DNA of 64,000 nucleotides from the NCBI RefSeq assembly GCF_009914755.1, contig NC_060934.1. The stretch is one strand, 5' to 3'. Shown one piece after another: positions 45,641-60,475 of the stretch (the stretch's first letter is position 1; each line of letters opens with the position of its first letter). The translations under genes were made by a program, and so were the position numbers. The DNA comes from the human T2T-CHM13v2.0 reference genome, Homo sapiens. Below the pieces are notes generated by a model. The model was not told where the DNA came from. It did not search any database and worked only from the letters and a program-made list of their open reading frames with translations.

Positions 45641-46784
45641 GGGTTTTGTAGCTTTAAAATGGGAACTATAAGGTTGTTTACATGCAATTATGTATGTCAT
45701 GTGCTTTCCCTAAGGAAATTATTCAACAAACTTTAGGTAGTTTTATTATTATTATTATTTCTGTGCAGTGATGCAGGCCTCTGAAGGAAAAGGTGCACAT
45801 TTTCAACAATAAAAGAGAGACATTCCTTTAGTGTATCTCCACATTCCCTGAAGGGGAGCTGGAATGACATGACGGACTTGGCCTCAGGGCCCCAAGCCTT
45901 CCCTGTTGCAGTCTTCATGACACTCCTCAGAAGCAGCAACCCCAGCCATGTCTGGAACCATTCCTTACCAGACAGGAGGATATCATGGCCTCAACTCATG
46001 ATCTGTACCAAGCCAAACCTCTTTTGGGGTACCCACCAAGCCTCAGGCCTCACCTTCTCTGCCCTGTTGTCCCTGCCCATCTGTCCTGGTTTTCTACTAG
46101 TTTCCACTACTGGACACTTGTCTGAGGCTGGGTCCCCACCTGGATCTTGTGGCCTCTTGCCCAGGGCTTGGAGGGAAGCTGCTCCCACACTTGAAGATGA
46201 CAGCTGAGCATGGTCCTTTGTGGGCGTGCTGTCAGGAAGATGACAGTGCAATCTGTTTAATGTGCCAGTTGTCTCTGTGAGTCCCTCATCCGGATGAGCA
46301 CTTGTCACACCCCTGCAGAGCCCCAGCTGGTTCTTAGAGAGGTGCTCCAGCTCTGTGATTACCTAATCTGGCTTCCCAATCTATCCCACAATGTGTCATT
46401 GCTGAGGTCCCTGTGGGTCTTGCAGATAAACTTGCTACAGTCATCCTACACAAAAAAGAAGCTCGTTATCATGAAACCGGCCTGCTTTTTAGCTCCTGGG
46501 CCCTAACTCACCCCAGATTGCTGCCAGCTCTTTTGTTTTCCCACTTAGACCAAAGGGATTGAGAAGCTTTCCCATTCCTTGGAGCTGCCACCCTCCATTC
46601 TAAGGCAGTCTCCCCCTTCACCCTGCTTGCTGCACCCCAGATGCTGCAAGGCCCATGTGCTGTTTTTGACTTCAGTACTTCAGATTGCTGTGGGAACACA
46701 GGAGGCAGCAGCCAGATGAGAAATTGAGTCTGACTCTGGAGTATTATAAAGTCCTTATAGTTACTGGCATTAGGTATAGGGTCT

Positions 46785-47947
46785 GTATTATTAAAGAGAA
46801 ATTATTCACCAAACACTTGTTAAAAATGGCAAGACAGTTTATTTAAGAGCATTGCAATAGGTAAGTGCTATGGTCTCAATGTTTGTGTCTCCCTCAAATT
46901 CATAAGTTGAAACTTCACTTCCAAGATGAAGGAATTAGGAGGTGGGCACTTTAAGGGATGATTATGTCATAGGCCAGAGCCCTCATGAACGAGATCAGTG
47001 CCCTTCTAAAAGAGGCATTGGGAGAGACCCCTCACCTTTTCCATCATATGAGGACACAGCCAGGAAGCATCATCCACGAACCAGAAAATTGGCCCTTACC
47101 AGACACTGAATCTGCTGATGTCCTGACCATGGACTTCTGAGCCTTCTGAACTGTGAGAGATAAATTTCTGTTGTTTATAAGCCTTCTGGTTGATGATATT
47201 TTGTTATAGCAGCCCAAACAGAAGGGGACAGGGAGAGAGATGGAACTCAACTTCAAATACAAACAGGGACAAGTGGGGCTTTATAGCCAGTGGGCCCAGT
47301 GAGGCAGAGGACAGAGAATTACTATGGGGAACTTGGGATAGGGGAGAGAGACCTGATTAGATATCAAGGGCAGGGGGGATTCCCAATAAACTGCCTCAGC
47401 AGAATTTTTGCTAAAACTGGGCTCAGCAGGCCATGGAGGAGGCCTAGTTGAGAAGAGGGCTCAGAGTGTGGTCAATGAGAGAGGCTTTGTCAGTTTCAGT
47501 CAGGGTTCTTCAGAGAAACAGAAACAATAAGAAAGAGAAAGATTGAGATTTATTTTAAGGGATTGAGTCATGCAATTGTGGATGCTGGCAAGTCTGAAAT
47601 CTAGGGCAGGCCCTTTGGATAGAAATTCAGACAAGAGTTGAAATTGTAATCTTGGGCCCAAAGTCTGCAGGGCAGACCAGTGGGCTGGAAATCTAGACAG
47701 GATTTCTATGTCAGTTTTGAGGCAGAATGCCTTCTTCCCCTGACACCTCAGCTTTTGCTCCTAAGGCCTTCATCTGATTGGATGAGGCCCACCCACATCA
47801 TGGAGGGTAATCTGCTTTACTTAAAGTCTGCCAATTGTAAATGTTAATCACATCTACAAAATGCCTTCCTAACAACATCCAGACTAGTTGACCAAACAAC
47901 TGGCCCCAATCGCCTAGCCAAGTTGACAAGAAAAATTAGCCTTCACA
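46785..47947. mobile_element. LTR cluster: antisense MER31-like LTR split by a sense MaLR LTR (~46866-47225), then an antisense MLT2-like LTR (~47494-47947)
   Basis: attaaagagaaattattc..acacttgttaaaa (MER31-like). tgctatggtctcaatgtttgtgtc...gttatagcagccc (MaLR). tcagggttcttcagagaaacagaa...gccaagttgaca (MLT2). Confidence 0.7.
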
Positions 47948-48135
47948 GGGTCTGAAGAGAGTATGTGGACACCTAGACAGGTATGTTCAGTCCATCTTTG
48001 CTTCCAAGGGATGCTCACAAGTCTCCCCAGTTGATCCTATTTTTTAGGGAAGACAATGCAGAGGATCCTCCCCCACCCCCATCACCCCTTTCCATAACCT
48101 AAAGATAAAAATGAGGTAAGAAAGATTTGTTCCTG

Positions 48136-48450
48136 GGCCGGGTGTGGTGGCTCATACCTGTAATCCTAGAACTTTGGGAGGCCAAGGTGGGTGGATCACC
48201 AGCTCAGAAGTTCGAGACCAGCCTGGCCAACATGGCAAACCCCCATCTCTACTAATAATACAAAAATTAGCCAGGTGTGGTGGCGGGCAACTCTAATCCC
48301 AGCTACTCAGGAGGCTGAGGCAGGAGAATCGCTTGAACCTGGGAGGCGGGGGTTGCAGTGAGCCAAGATTGTGTCTCTGCACTCCAGCCTGGGCAACAAG
48401 AGCAACAAAAAACAAAAAACAAAAAAATTAAAACAAACAAACAAAAAAAG
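48136..48450 (+). mobile_element. Alu
   Basis: TSD agatttgttcctg on both sides. Confidence 0.9.
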
Positions 48451-49599
48451 AGATTTGTTCCTGTACCTCAAGTGGACAACTGATGTCCAGAGACCCACTG
48501 GACTGAGAACATCCACCTTCCTCAGTTTCTGACTGCCGAGCAATGATGACTGGGGACATTTCATGCAGGTACATCACCGAGGAGTGAAGAAAGTAGTCAC
48601 CTGAACCAAATAGTAAGGTCTCTGTCCCAGAGAGCCTGGGGGTTTGGCAAAAATGCTGTGAACACCCATATGGGCATTGCATTGTTAATCTGTACATGTG
48701 AACAAGAAAGGATTAGCCCCCAGACCTCATACTCAAGGATGATTGTAGTGGAAAGTCCCACTTCCCATTGTGCTTCTGCTTCCTGATGCTCAAGAATAAG
48801 CTTTAGGCTTGACCAAGTGGGGGTGGGAGGAAACACAAACAGAAACTGCCACTACCCTCCCCACAAGTAGAAAAATTTAAGCGTGTCTTGTTCTCTAATG
48901 AAGTTTTGTAACAGTAGCCTACATGGTGAAAACAAAGTCGAAGCCGCCTCCAGCGTGCTTAAAACCAGGTTTAAGCTGCTGGCTGCTACTGTTGCTTCAC
49001 CAAGCACCTTAGTTCCAGGGAATGGGCTTCATCTCTGTTTCACAGAGAAGTCCCCTTTGCCAAAGAATGTGGGTGGCCTACAGAGAAGCAGGGCAGTGAA
49101 TATACTTTCCCTGCCTTCTGTGATGCATTTTCTTCGTGCAGCTCTAAAGCAAGATTGTTTGTTGTTATAATGACGGCCTTTCCGTCTTTACTTACAACAT
49201 CCTGTTCTCCCAGGACATTAAAGGCTGGGCTGAGAGACAAAGCTGAGGGACGCCTAGTCTGGCTGCCTCCCTGGTGCCAACCAAGTTCCTGACTGGATCA
49301 GGCTCAACCTACAGGAATTCCTCCCCCGTCATTCACTCACTAATGTGTTTTAAAAACATATTTTGAGTGCCTACTGCTGGTGCTAGGGAAACAGCTGTGA
49401 CTAACCATCTCTGACATTCTGGGGTGCCCATCCTCACAAAGGAGGCCTCTGCTCCCAGCACACCAGTGGCAGATGTGTCCACATAGATCCGACTCCAGTT
49501 CAAACTCAAAATGACCTCTTTTACTCCTGCTATGTTATATATATTTAAATAGTTTTAAACATTTGTTAAATAGCATTTCATGGGGATATAGTTTCTCTT

Positions 49600-50245
49600 T
49601 CTCTCTTTCTTTTCTTTTCTTTTTTTTTTTTTCAGTCTCCCTCTGTCGCCCAGGCTGAAATGCAGTGGCTCAATCTCCTCCACCTCCTGTGTTCAAACGA
49701 TTCTCCTGCCTCAGCCTGCCGAGTAGCTGGGACTACAGGCATGCACCACCATGCCTGGCTAATTTTTTTGTATTTTTAGTAGAGATGAGTTTTCACCACA
49801 TTGGCCAGTCTGGTCTTGAACTCCTGACCTCAAGTGATCTGCCCGCCTTTGCCTCCCAAAGTGCTGAAATTACAGGTGTGAGCCATGGTGCCTGGCCAGA
49901 TGGTGAACATAGTTTCAAAAATTAGATATAGTTTCTGCAATTAGAAAAATGCAGAAAGTGGGCCAAACGCAGTGGCTCATGCCTGTAATCCCAGCACTTT
50001 GGGAGGCCAAGGTGATCAAATCACTTTAGGCCAGGAGTTCAAGACCAGCCTCGCTAAAATGGCAAAACCCCATCTCTACTAAAAATACAAAAACTAGCTG
50101 GACTTAGTGGTGCATGCCTATAATTCCAGCTACTTGGGTGGCTGAGGCAGGAGAATTGCTTGAACCCAGGTGGCAGAGATTGCAATTAGCCAAGATCGTG
50201 TCACTGCACTCCAGCCTGGGTGACAGAACAAGACTCTGTCTAAAA
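49600..50245. mobile_element. Head-to-head Alu pair (antisense ~49600-49897, sense ~49960-50245)
   Basis: Two full Alus in opposite orientation about 60 bp apart. Confidence 0.9.
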
Positions 50246-50249
50246 AGGA

Positions 50250-50312
<63 letters not shown>

Positions 50313-50465
50313 GAAGGAAGGAAGGAAGGAAGGAAGGAAGGAAGGAAGGAAGGCAGGCAGGCAGGCAGGCAGGCAGGCAAGGGAAGGGAAGGGAAGGGAA
50401 GGGAAGGGAAGGGAGGGAAGGAAAGGAAGGGAGGGAAGGAAGGAAAGAGAGAAAGGGAAAAAAGA
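50246..50465. repeat. Compound purine-rich microsatellite (GAAA)n(GGAA)n(GGCA)n(GGGAA)n
   Basis: Read directly from the sequence; it is the expanded tail of the preceding Alu. Confidence 0.95.
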
Positions 50466-51208
50466 AAATAACCAAAACGAATAAAAAAAGAAAGAAAAAT
50501 GCAGAAAAGTATGAAAAAGAAAAAGTATCACTTCTACATTCATATCCAGAGATAACAACGGCTAAAATACCGGTATATTTTCTTCCAGCCTGTTTTCCAC
50601 CAATATATGTAAAATACGAAACATGTAACACATCCTTGGCTATTATCTCCCTTTCCTTCAGAAGGACTTGGGAGAACAAAGACTCTTGGCTAAAAACTAA
50701 ATGAAGGTCTTTTTGGAAAGGCCATTTCACAGCCCCTCTCAGGGTAACCAAGGGAGCCTCCTTTGAAGCATAATGTGGCTTTTTTATTTTTCAGGCTGGC
50801 CCCAAAAGGCAGGAAGCAAGCCAAACAGGACACAGGCGCAGCATAACAATGTGGTGTACTGACTCCCAGGAAAAAGGGAGGCGTGCTCCTAATTATGAGG
50901 ATGTTAAGGAAAGGGCTCCTTCCTCATTGTGGGTTTGGGCATGGTCCCTGACAGTTGGTACTAGTGTTTGTCCTTGGGAGATGTGGGTGGCGATGCTTGA
51001 TGTAACAGGTGCATAATTTAAGGAGGCAGAAGAGCCCAAGGGTCACACTGGGAGGGAAGTTGACAAGAAAAGCTGACCCAGTGGTAGTGTCAACCTGGAC
51101 CCCTGGTATCTGAGCACCGAAGTCCCTCCCATCCCAGGATGCACAGGGAACGTCTTCAATGGGGGGCTTCCTGACCATCTGCTGAAGCCTGGGGACTGCT
51201 CAGGATGA

Positions 51209-51763
<555 letters not shown>

Positions 51764-53102
51764 TGAAGCAAATCTTCTTCCTCAACTGCCCAAATCAAAG
51801 CCCCCAAATTATGTCAGGACAGCCCAGATTGTAGTAGGAAGACAGAGGTCATTGGAAGGGAGCTTTTTCTCCTGGGGGGAGAAAAAAAAGAAGATAATTC
51901 TGTATCTGATACCACAGAGACTTTGTTTTTGTGTTTATTGTCTAATGGAAGAAAAGAAAGAATGTTAGGACATTAGAAAAGAAAGACACAGAGCTATACA
52001 AGAAGGACAATGTGGTCAAAACGCACTCCTTAGCTCTACAAAGAACATTGTCAGTGTGGACCTAATAAGGTAGCCTGTTTATTGATTTGACCAAAAATAG
52101 AAATAGAGCTACATTGGGAGAATGAAGAGAGGGGAGGGTGATGTAAGAGGGCTAAATCATGATCTATAGGAGGTAAAGCAGCAATGTCCGAATTTAGTAA
52201 ACTACAACTATGAGTGTACGCTTGGGGAGAGATAGGGTATGGTCAGAGGTGGCACAAAGCAGTGCTTTATCATTATCTTCATCATGTATCCTCTTAGAAC
52301 TCTTAGCCATGTTTGTGTATAACTTTTACTAAAAATTTATACATCTATAAAGAAAAACTGCCCCAACCATCTGTAAAATGAAAATGTGCCTTCTGGGATG
52401 GCTGCTGTAGGAAGCAGATACCCTGGGGCTTGCAAGGGGGTTGGAGGAGAGGGGCCTCATGCACTGCCCTACCATCCCTGTGCTGCCTTGGAGGACCAGC
52501 AGCAGCCAGGGCCCAGGTGACCTGGTAGAGACCAGCCATCCAGCAGGTCATGCTCTTCCAGCCATCCAGCAGGGAAGAGCTCCTGATGCTGAGGACCCCC
52601 AGAGAGGATCCCTCCTGAACCATGGGTCAGAACCTTCTCTCTACTTCCACACATGAGAGGCAGCTGGCCCTGACTGGGGAAGACCAGGTCAACTCTCCAG
52701 TTTCACACAGCTCTGTGTATGGCTTTTTCCATTTAAAATTATCTTGTGGGCATTTTTATGCAATATGTATCTTTTGGAATTTGGTGCAAATGCTATCTGG
52801 TCTCATTGTGTGGCTATACCATGTTAACGGCATATCTAAAACACAACACTGTGCTGGCTAAGAGTACAGGTGCATCAATCCTATTTTCTCAACTAGAACC
52901 CTGACTCTGTCACTTTCCAGCTGTGTGACATGCGGGGACACACAGCTTCAGCTTCTATCTCTGTAAAATAAGGTAATAAGAGTACCTAATTCACAGGGCA
53001 CTTGTGAGATTTAAATAAATAAATACATGCAAAGTGCTCAGAGCAAGACCCACTGCTTAATAAACACATAACACATTGTAGCTATTACTATTTTTTAGCA
53101 AT

Positions 53103-53601
<499 letters not shown>

Positions 53602-54153
53602 GCCATCCTCATTTTAAATATAGGATTTCTTTTTCCTAAAGCACACTTTAATAAACCTCCTTATACAACTTAATCACACACAAAAATTCATATTCGTTAA
53701 AGAAAAAAATAGACCATGCACATGAGCAAAAAAAGAAAACAAAAGCTACTTGGAATATTACCCTTTTCCCCCAAAGATAACCGTAATATATTTGGTGTAT
53801 ATATTTCAAATCTCTTTCCTTTGCGTGTGTGTGTATACACATATGTATACATATACATACACACACATATTTACACATATACACACAATATATTTGTACA
53901 CTATATACACACATAACTCCTTAGAAAAATTCGTTTTGTGATACTGTTTTATAGTTTTCTTTTTACCAGTTAAGAATAGATCATTGGAGTTATGTGTGTA
54001 TATAGTGTATATTTTGTGTATATGCGTATATATGTGTGTGTATATATATATGTATACATGTATGTATACACACACACAAAGGAAAGATATATATATGTAT
54101 ATATGTATACATATGTATATATACACATATATACATATATACACATACATATA

Positions 54154-54189
<36 letters not shown>

Positions 54190-54255
54190 AAAGAGATTTG
54201 AAATATATACACCAAATATATTGTGGTTATCTTTGGGGGAAAAGGGTAATATTCC

Positions 54256-54422
54256 AATTAGCCGGGCGTGGTGGCAGGCACCCGTAGTCCCAGCTACTTG
54301 GGAGGTTGAGGCAGGAGAATGGCGTGAACCTGGGAAGCGGAGCTTGCAGTGAGCCTAGATCGTGCCACTGCACTCCAGCCTGGGTGACAGAGCGTGACTT
54401 CATCTCAAAAAAAAAAAAAAAA
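54256..54422 (+). mobile_element. 5'-truncated AluY (right arm and poly-A)
   Basis: AluY-diagnostic gagaatggcgtgaacc and gcggagcttgcagtgag. Confidence 0.88.
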
Positions 54423-56009
54423 GAGTAGATCATTTATAGTTTTCTTTTTCCATTTAAGAAAAAAGTCAACAATAATTTTTAATGGCTGCCTAGTATTCCT
54501 TTTCATGTTTGTATTACTCTTTGTTAGTACCCATTGTCCATCACAAACAGCATTTTATTATTCCAAGTTTTGTGTGTGTGCTGAGATAAAAAGCTCACAC
54601 AGTCTACTCAGGTCCAAAGAGTATAGCTTTTAATTTTCTCTGCAATGATCATAAGATAGTCTCCATTGTGTGTAATAATGAGGAAAACTTAGATGTGCCA
54701 TTTAAAAGTTTAGCAATCTCTTCTGGTTTATGTCTCTGATTATTCTGTCAATATTCAGTCTCCTACTTCTGAAATCAGCGTCTGGGCTGATGGGGAGTAC
54801 AGCGTGTCTTCAGCAGCCTCCCCAGCTGTGTGCCCTGTCACATCTGGCCATGGAGTGGAGCAGGCACCTTGGCCTCATGGGAACCTCCCTGTGCAAACTC
54901 CTGCAAGCCCTCCATGCCTAGACCATTTTGTCATCAGCCTCCTGGCCAGTCTGTCTAGGCTGGTGCTTTCAGATTTCAGCATGCATGCAAATCACCTGGA
55001 AAGTTTGTGAAAACAGACTCCTAGGCACCACATCCAGAGATTCTGATCAGTAGGTCTGGGGTGGGATGGAGAGTCTGCACTTCTAACAAGCTCCCAGGTG
55101 AGGCAGGTCCCAAAGCCACACTTTGGAAATGAGTACCCTCATCTACATCTTCACCACAGCCTTGCTGTGCAGTCACTTTGCTCTCACCAAGGTAGTACCT
55201 TGGCTGGTCTCTGGCTCTCAACCGAGCTGCCTCCCCACACATTACCAAGAGCTTAAGAGATATCCTAGATTCCTGGTTTTCCATAAGGGAAATTGGAGTG
55301 GGGAAGGGGGAGTGGTTCCTACAGCCCTCCCTCTGAGGACATCCCATGCTGCCTCCTCTCCCCCAGGTTGATATGAGGGCTCCTTTTCAGAGGCGCCTTT
55401 CCAAAGCACCAACTGGGAAGAGAAACACAAGCTCCCCCCACCCACCCCCCTTACTTCAGGCTTTTGTTCCAAGGTAATTTTTATCTGCCATCTTCCTCCA
55501 TTTTAACATTAAACCTGAATGTGTAGAGAGATAGACGCAGGGTCACTGTTATCTGACATCCTATGCATCTCTTTCTTACTCCTCACTTTCCTCCCAGAAC
55601 CAGAGAGCCTTTCTTTTGTTTCCCTCTTGTCTGGAAGTCACTCCTTCATTGTTAATGCCTTGTTTTGTTGTGTGTGTGTGTGTGGCGGCGGGCGGGGGGG
55701 GCGGGGGGTAGACATTTGGTCACCTTCCCTGGGGCCATAATGGCAGAGTGGCTTCTGGGGAATATAATTTATAGAATATTAAAAATATATAGTTTAATGT
55801 TTTCAAAATGTCTCTGGTACACATAGTAATTGTGTTTTATTTTTCGTCATTACATTTGCCAGAATTTGTCTATTTGTTTATGCTGTTTTATTTGATTTTA
55901 CTTATTAATTTTACTTTTTTCCTATTTTCAGACTCAATAATTATGTTACCTTTATTACATAGGGTAATTATATGTAATACCTTATTATATTTATTATATT
56001 TTTTCTTCT

Positions 56010-57078
<1,069 letters not shown>

Positions 57079-57349
57079 GTTATGTTCTTCATTTTTAGAT
57101 TTTTTTTCCTTGTTTTTCCTAACATCCTGAATGGAAGGTTTCTTTTGTTTTCATCATTTTGAACTTTAAAGATATATTTCACACTCACATAGAAGTATGT
57201 AATTGTACACACATGGGATCATGCCATAGGTGCCGTTTTTACTGTAGAGGCCTTCTCTGCCACTACCACCTCCACCATCCCTTCACAGGAGCACCACACC
57301 TCGCATCTTTCTTCTTATATAATAAAACATCTGAAGCTAGAAGCTTATA

Positions 57350-57652
57350 CTTTTTTTTTCCTTTTTTTTTTGAGATGGAGTTTTTGCTCTGTTGCCCAGG
57401 CTGGCATGCAATGGCATGATCTTAGCTCACTGCAAACTCCGCCTCCCGGATTCAAGCAATTCTCTGCCTCAGCCTCCAGAGTAGCTGGGATTACAGGCGC
57501 CCACCACCACGCCCAGCTAATTTTTGTATTTTTAGTAGAGACAGAGTTTAACCATGTTGGCCAGGCTGGTCTCAAACTCCTGACCTCAGGTGATCCAACT
57601 GCCTCAGCCTCCCAAAGTGCTAGGATTACAGGCATGAGCCACTGCACCCAGC
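57350..57652 (-). mobile_element. Alu
   Basis: TSD tagaagcttat. Confidence 0.9.
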
Positions 57653-58018
57653 CTAGAAGCTTATCTTTTTATATGATTTGACTATATCCATTACTTCAAC
57701 ATGTAGTATTATCACTGTCTTTTAATTTCTAAAGACATGAAAATCCTGCTGTAGTTTGTGCCATAAATAATGTGAATTTGAAGACAATGCATATTTAGAT
57801 CTATTGAGATTGGTGCTTTATTTCTTCCCTCTTCTGAACTCTCTCTTCCTTTTCAAATGGGGCAAGCTAAAATTCTTATCTCCCACAGAGGAAGGAGGAT
57901 GTTAAGAGGAGGAGAGATTGGGCAATGAAATGAAGAGAACATGACTACCAACTTCCCAGGATTCTCCTGACCCATTCTCCCCAATCAACTGGATACCTAC
58001 GAGCCTCGAGATTCCTGA

Positions 58019-58378
58019 TGATATGGTTAGGCTTTGTGTCCCCACCCAAATCTCATCTTGAATTATAATCCCCATAATCCCCATGTGTCAAGGGAGAGAC
58101 CAGGTGGAGGTAATTGAATCATGGGGCCAGTTTCTCCCATGCTGTACTCGTGATAGTGAGTTCTCACAACATCTGATGGTTTTATAACGGGCTCTTCCCT
58201 CTTCTCTTGGCACTTCTCCTTCCTGCCACCTTGTGAAGAAGGTGCCTTGCTTCCCCTTTGCCTTCCACCATGATTGTAAGTTTCCTGAGTCCTCCCCAGA
58301 AATGCTGAACCCTCTTTCCTTTATAAATTACCCAGTCTTGGGCAGTTTTTTATGGCAGCATGAAAATGGACTAATACA
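58019..58378 (+). mobile_element. THE1-type (THE1D-like) MaLR solo LTR
   Basis: tgatatggttaggctttgtgtccccacccaaatctcatcttgaatt...ggactaataca, with a perfect 5-bp TSD cctga (58014-58018 / 58379-58383). Confidence 0.9.
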
Positions 58379-58473
58379 CCTGAGATGATTGTTTCTGTCC
58401 TGGATGTCTAAGTCAGCCATAGAACCTAGCATTGCCCTCATATTTAAGTTGAGGCAGTCATCTACTAGCAGGT

Positions 58474-58864
58474 ATTAAAGAAACATTACTTAAGACACTT
58501 GTTAAGGATGGTAGGAAGGCTTTTCTCAAGAGGAGTTACTGCAGTGAGGGTTTTGCAGTGTGGAGGATAGAGATCAAGCTCCACTGTAAATACAAGAAGG
58601 ACAAATGTGATGTTTAGCTGAGTGAAATGGGAGTTAGTGGATGGAAAATTCCTCAGAGGAAACATCAAAGCTAGGGGGACTCTTGCTAGACCAACTGTTT
58701 TTTTTTTTGAAAAACCACTTTATTGAGGCATGATTGACATGAAAAAAGCTGTACATATATAATGTATGTAACTCAATGAGTTTGGGGATGAATATACAGC
58801 CATGGGGCTGTCACCATCATCAAGGTCATAAACATATCCATCACCTCCCAAAGTTTCCTCTGTC

Positions 58865-58906
<42 letters not shown>

Positions 58907-59865
58907 TGTGTGTGTGTGTGTGTGTATGCATGCATGTATGTGTGTAGTAAGAACACTTAATGTAAGAGCCACCGTCTTAGAAAATTTTAAGTATACAATG
59001 CGGTATTGTTAACTATAGGCATCTGCTGTATAGTGGATCTCCAGAACTTATTTTTCTTAACTGAAATTTTGTACCCTTTGACCATCACCTCCCCATTTCC
59101 CACTTCATCCAGCACCCAGAAATAACCATTCTACTTTCTGTTTTTATGAGTTTTTTAGATTCCACATGTAAGTTGTAGATCAGATAGTATTTATCTTTCT
59201 GTGTCTGGTGTATTTCATTTAGCATAATATCCTCCAGATACATCCATGCTGTCCCAATGGCAGTATTTTCTTCTTTTTTTAAGGCTGAATAATATTCCAT
59301 AATCTATACTATATTTTCCTTGTTCGTTCATACAGAAATGTGTAGGTTGTTTCCATACCTTGGCTATTGTGAATAATGCTGCAATGAACATGGGAGTGCA
59401 GGTATCTCGTATCTCTTTGAGATCCTGATTTCAATTTCTTCAGATAAATACCCAGAAGTGGGGTTGCTGAGTCATATGGTAGTTCTATTTTTAATTTTCT
59501 GAGAAACTACCATACTATTTACCATAATGGTGGCACCAATTTACATTTCTACCATCAGTGCACAAGAATTTTCTTTTCTTCATATCCTCACCAGCCATTT
59601 TTATCTTTTGTTTTTGACTTAACAGGATTCTTATTTGCTAAAGGCAGGCCAGCATGATAAATAATGTGAATTGGGGGTGGGGAGTGAGGAATTTGATCAG
59701 ATATTGAGAGTAATCAACTACCAAGGTGGGGCACTTCCACTAAACTGACTCAGCAGGATCTTGCTGGACTAAGTGGCCCAAAGACAGAGGCTAAGGTAGG
59801 GACCTAGTCAAGAAGAAGGGCCAGAGGAGCCTGACTCAGGTTTGGTCGAGGACAGAATCTTTGTT
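58474..59865 (-). mobile_element. MER31-like LTR split by an antisense L1M 3' fragment (~58700-59615) containing (ATT)n(TG)n
   Basis: attaaagaaacattac..gacacttgttaa and gagcctgactcaggtttggtcgagg LTR halves; L1 3'UTR tttattgagg...; minus-strand MEYYSALKKEE remnant. Confidence 0.7.
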
Positions 59866-59934
59866 ACAGATAGCAGCAAATGCGGCCAGGACCTGGATGG
59901 ATTTGGGGAACTCCCAGCTATAAACACTTGTCCT

Positions 59935-60475
59935 GGCCAGGTGCAGTGGGTCATGGCTGTAATCTCAGCACTTTGGGAAGCTGAAGCGGGAGGATCACCA
60001 CTTGAGGCCACAAATTTGAGACCGGCCTGGGAAACAGAGTGAGACCTTGTCTCTACAAAAAAAAAAAAAAAAAATCATGACTCACTGCTTTCCACCTCAG
60101 CCTCCCGGTAACTGGTAGTCTTCTTGACAAAGGGTGTGCCACCATGCCTGGCTAATTTTTCTAATTTTTGTAGAGATGGGGTCTTACTGTTGCCCAGCTG
60201 GTCTTGAACTCCTGAGCTCAAGCAATCCTCCCACCACTGCCTCCCAAAGTGCTGAGATTACAAGTGTGAATCACTGCGCTTAGCCTACGAAAATTTTTTT
60301 AAAACATTAACCGGACATGGTAGCATGCACCTGTAGTCCCCATTACTCAGAAGCCTGAGGTAGGAGGATCACTTGAGCCCAATAAGCTGAGTTTACAGTG
60401 AGCTATGATTATGCCACTGTACTCCAGCCTGGGTGACAGAGCAAAACCCTGTCTCTAGAAAAATAAAAATAATTT
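59935..60475. mobile_element. Sense Alu with an antisense Alu fragment (~60080-60285) nested in its A-rich linker
   Basis: Left arm, then poly-A, then antisense Alu sequence, then right arm. Confidence 0.8.

Noticed and set aside
50104-50751. Long overlapping ORFs (215, 196 and 142 aa)
   Set aside because: They are readings of an Alu plus a stop-free microsatellite, giving low-complexity peptides.
53648-54433. Cluster of Y/I/H/T/C/V-rich ORFs on both strands
   Set aside because: Translations of TA/CA repeats and the inverted duplication; not genes.
55667-55710. (TG)n followed by a G-run, a potential G-quadruplex
   Set aside because: A simple repeat with no promoter or gene context.
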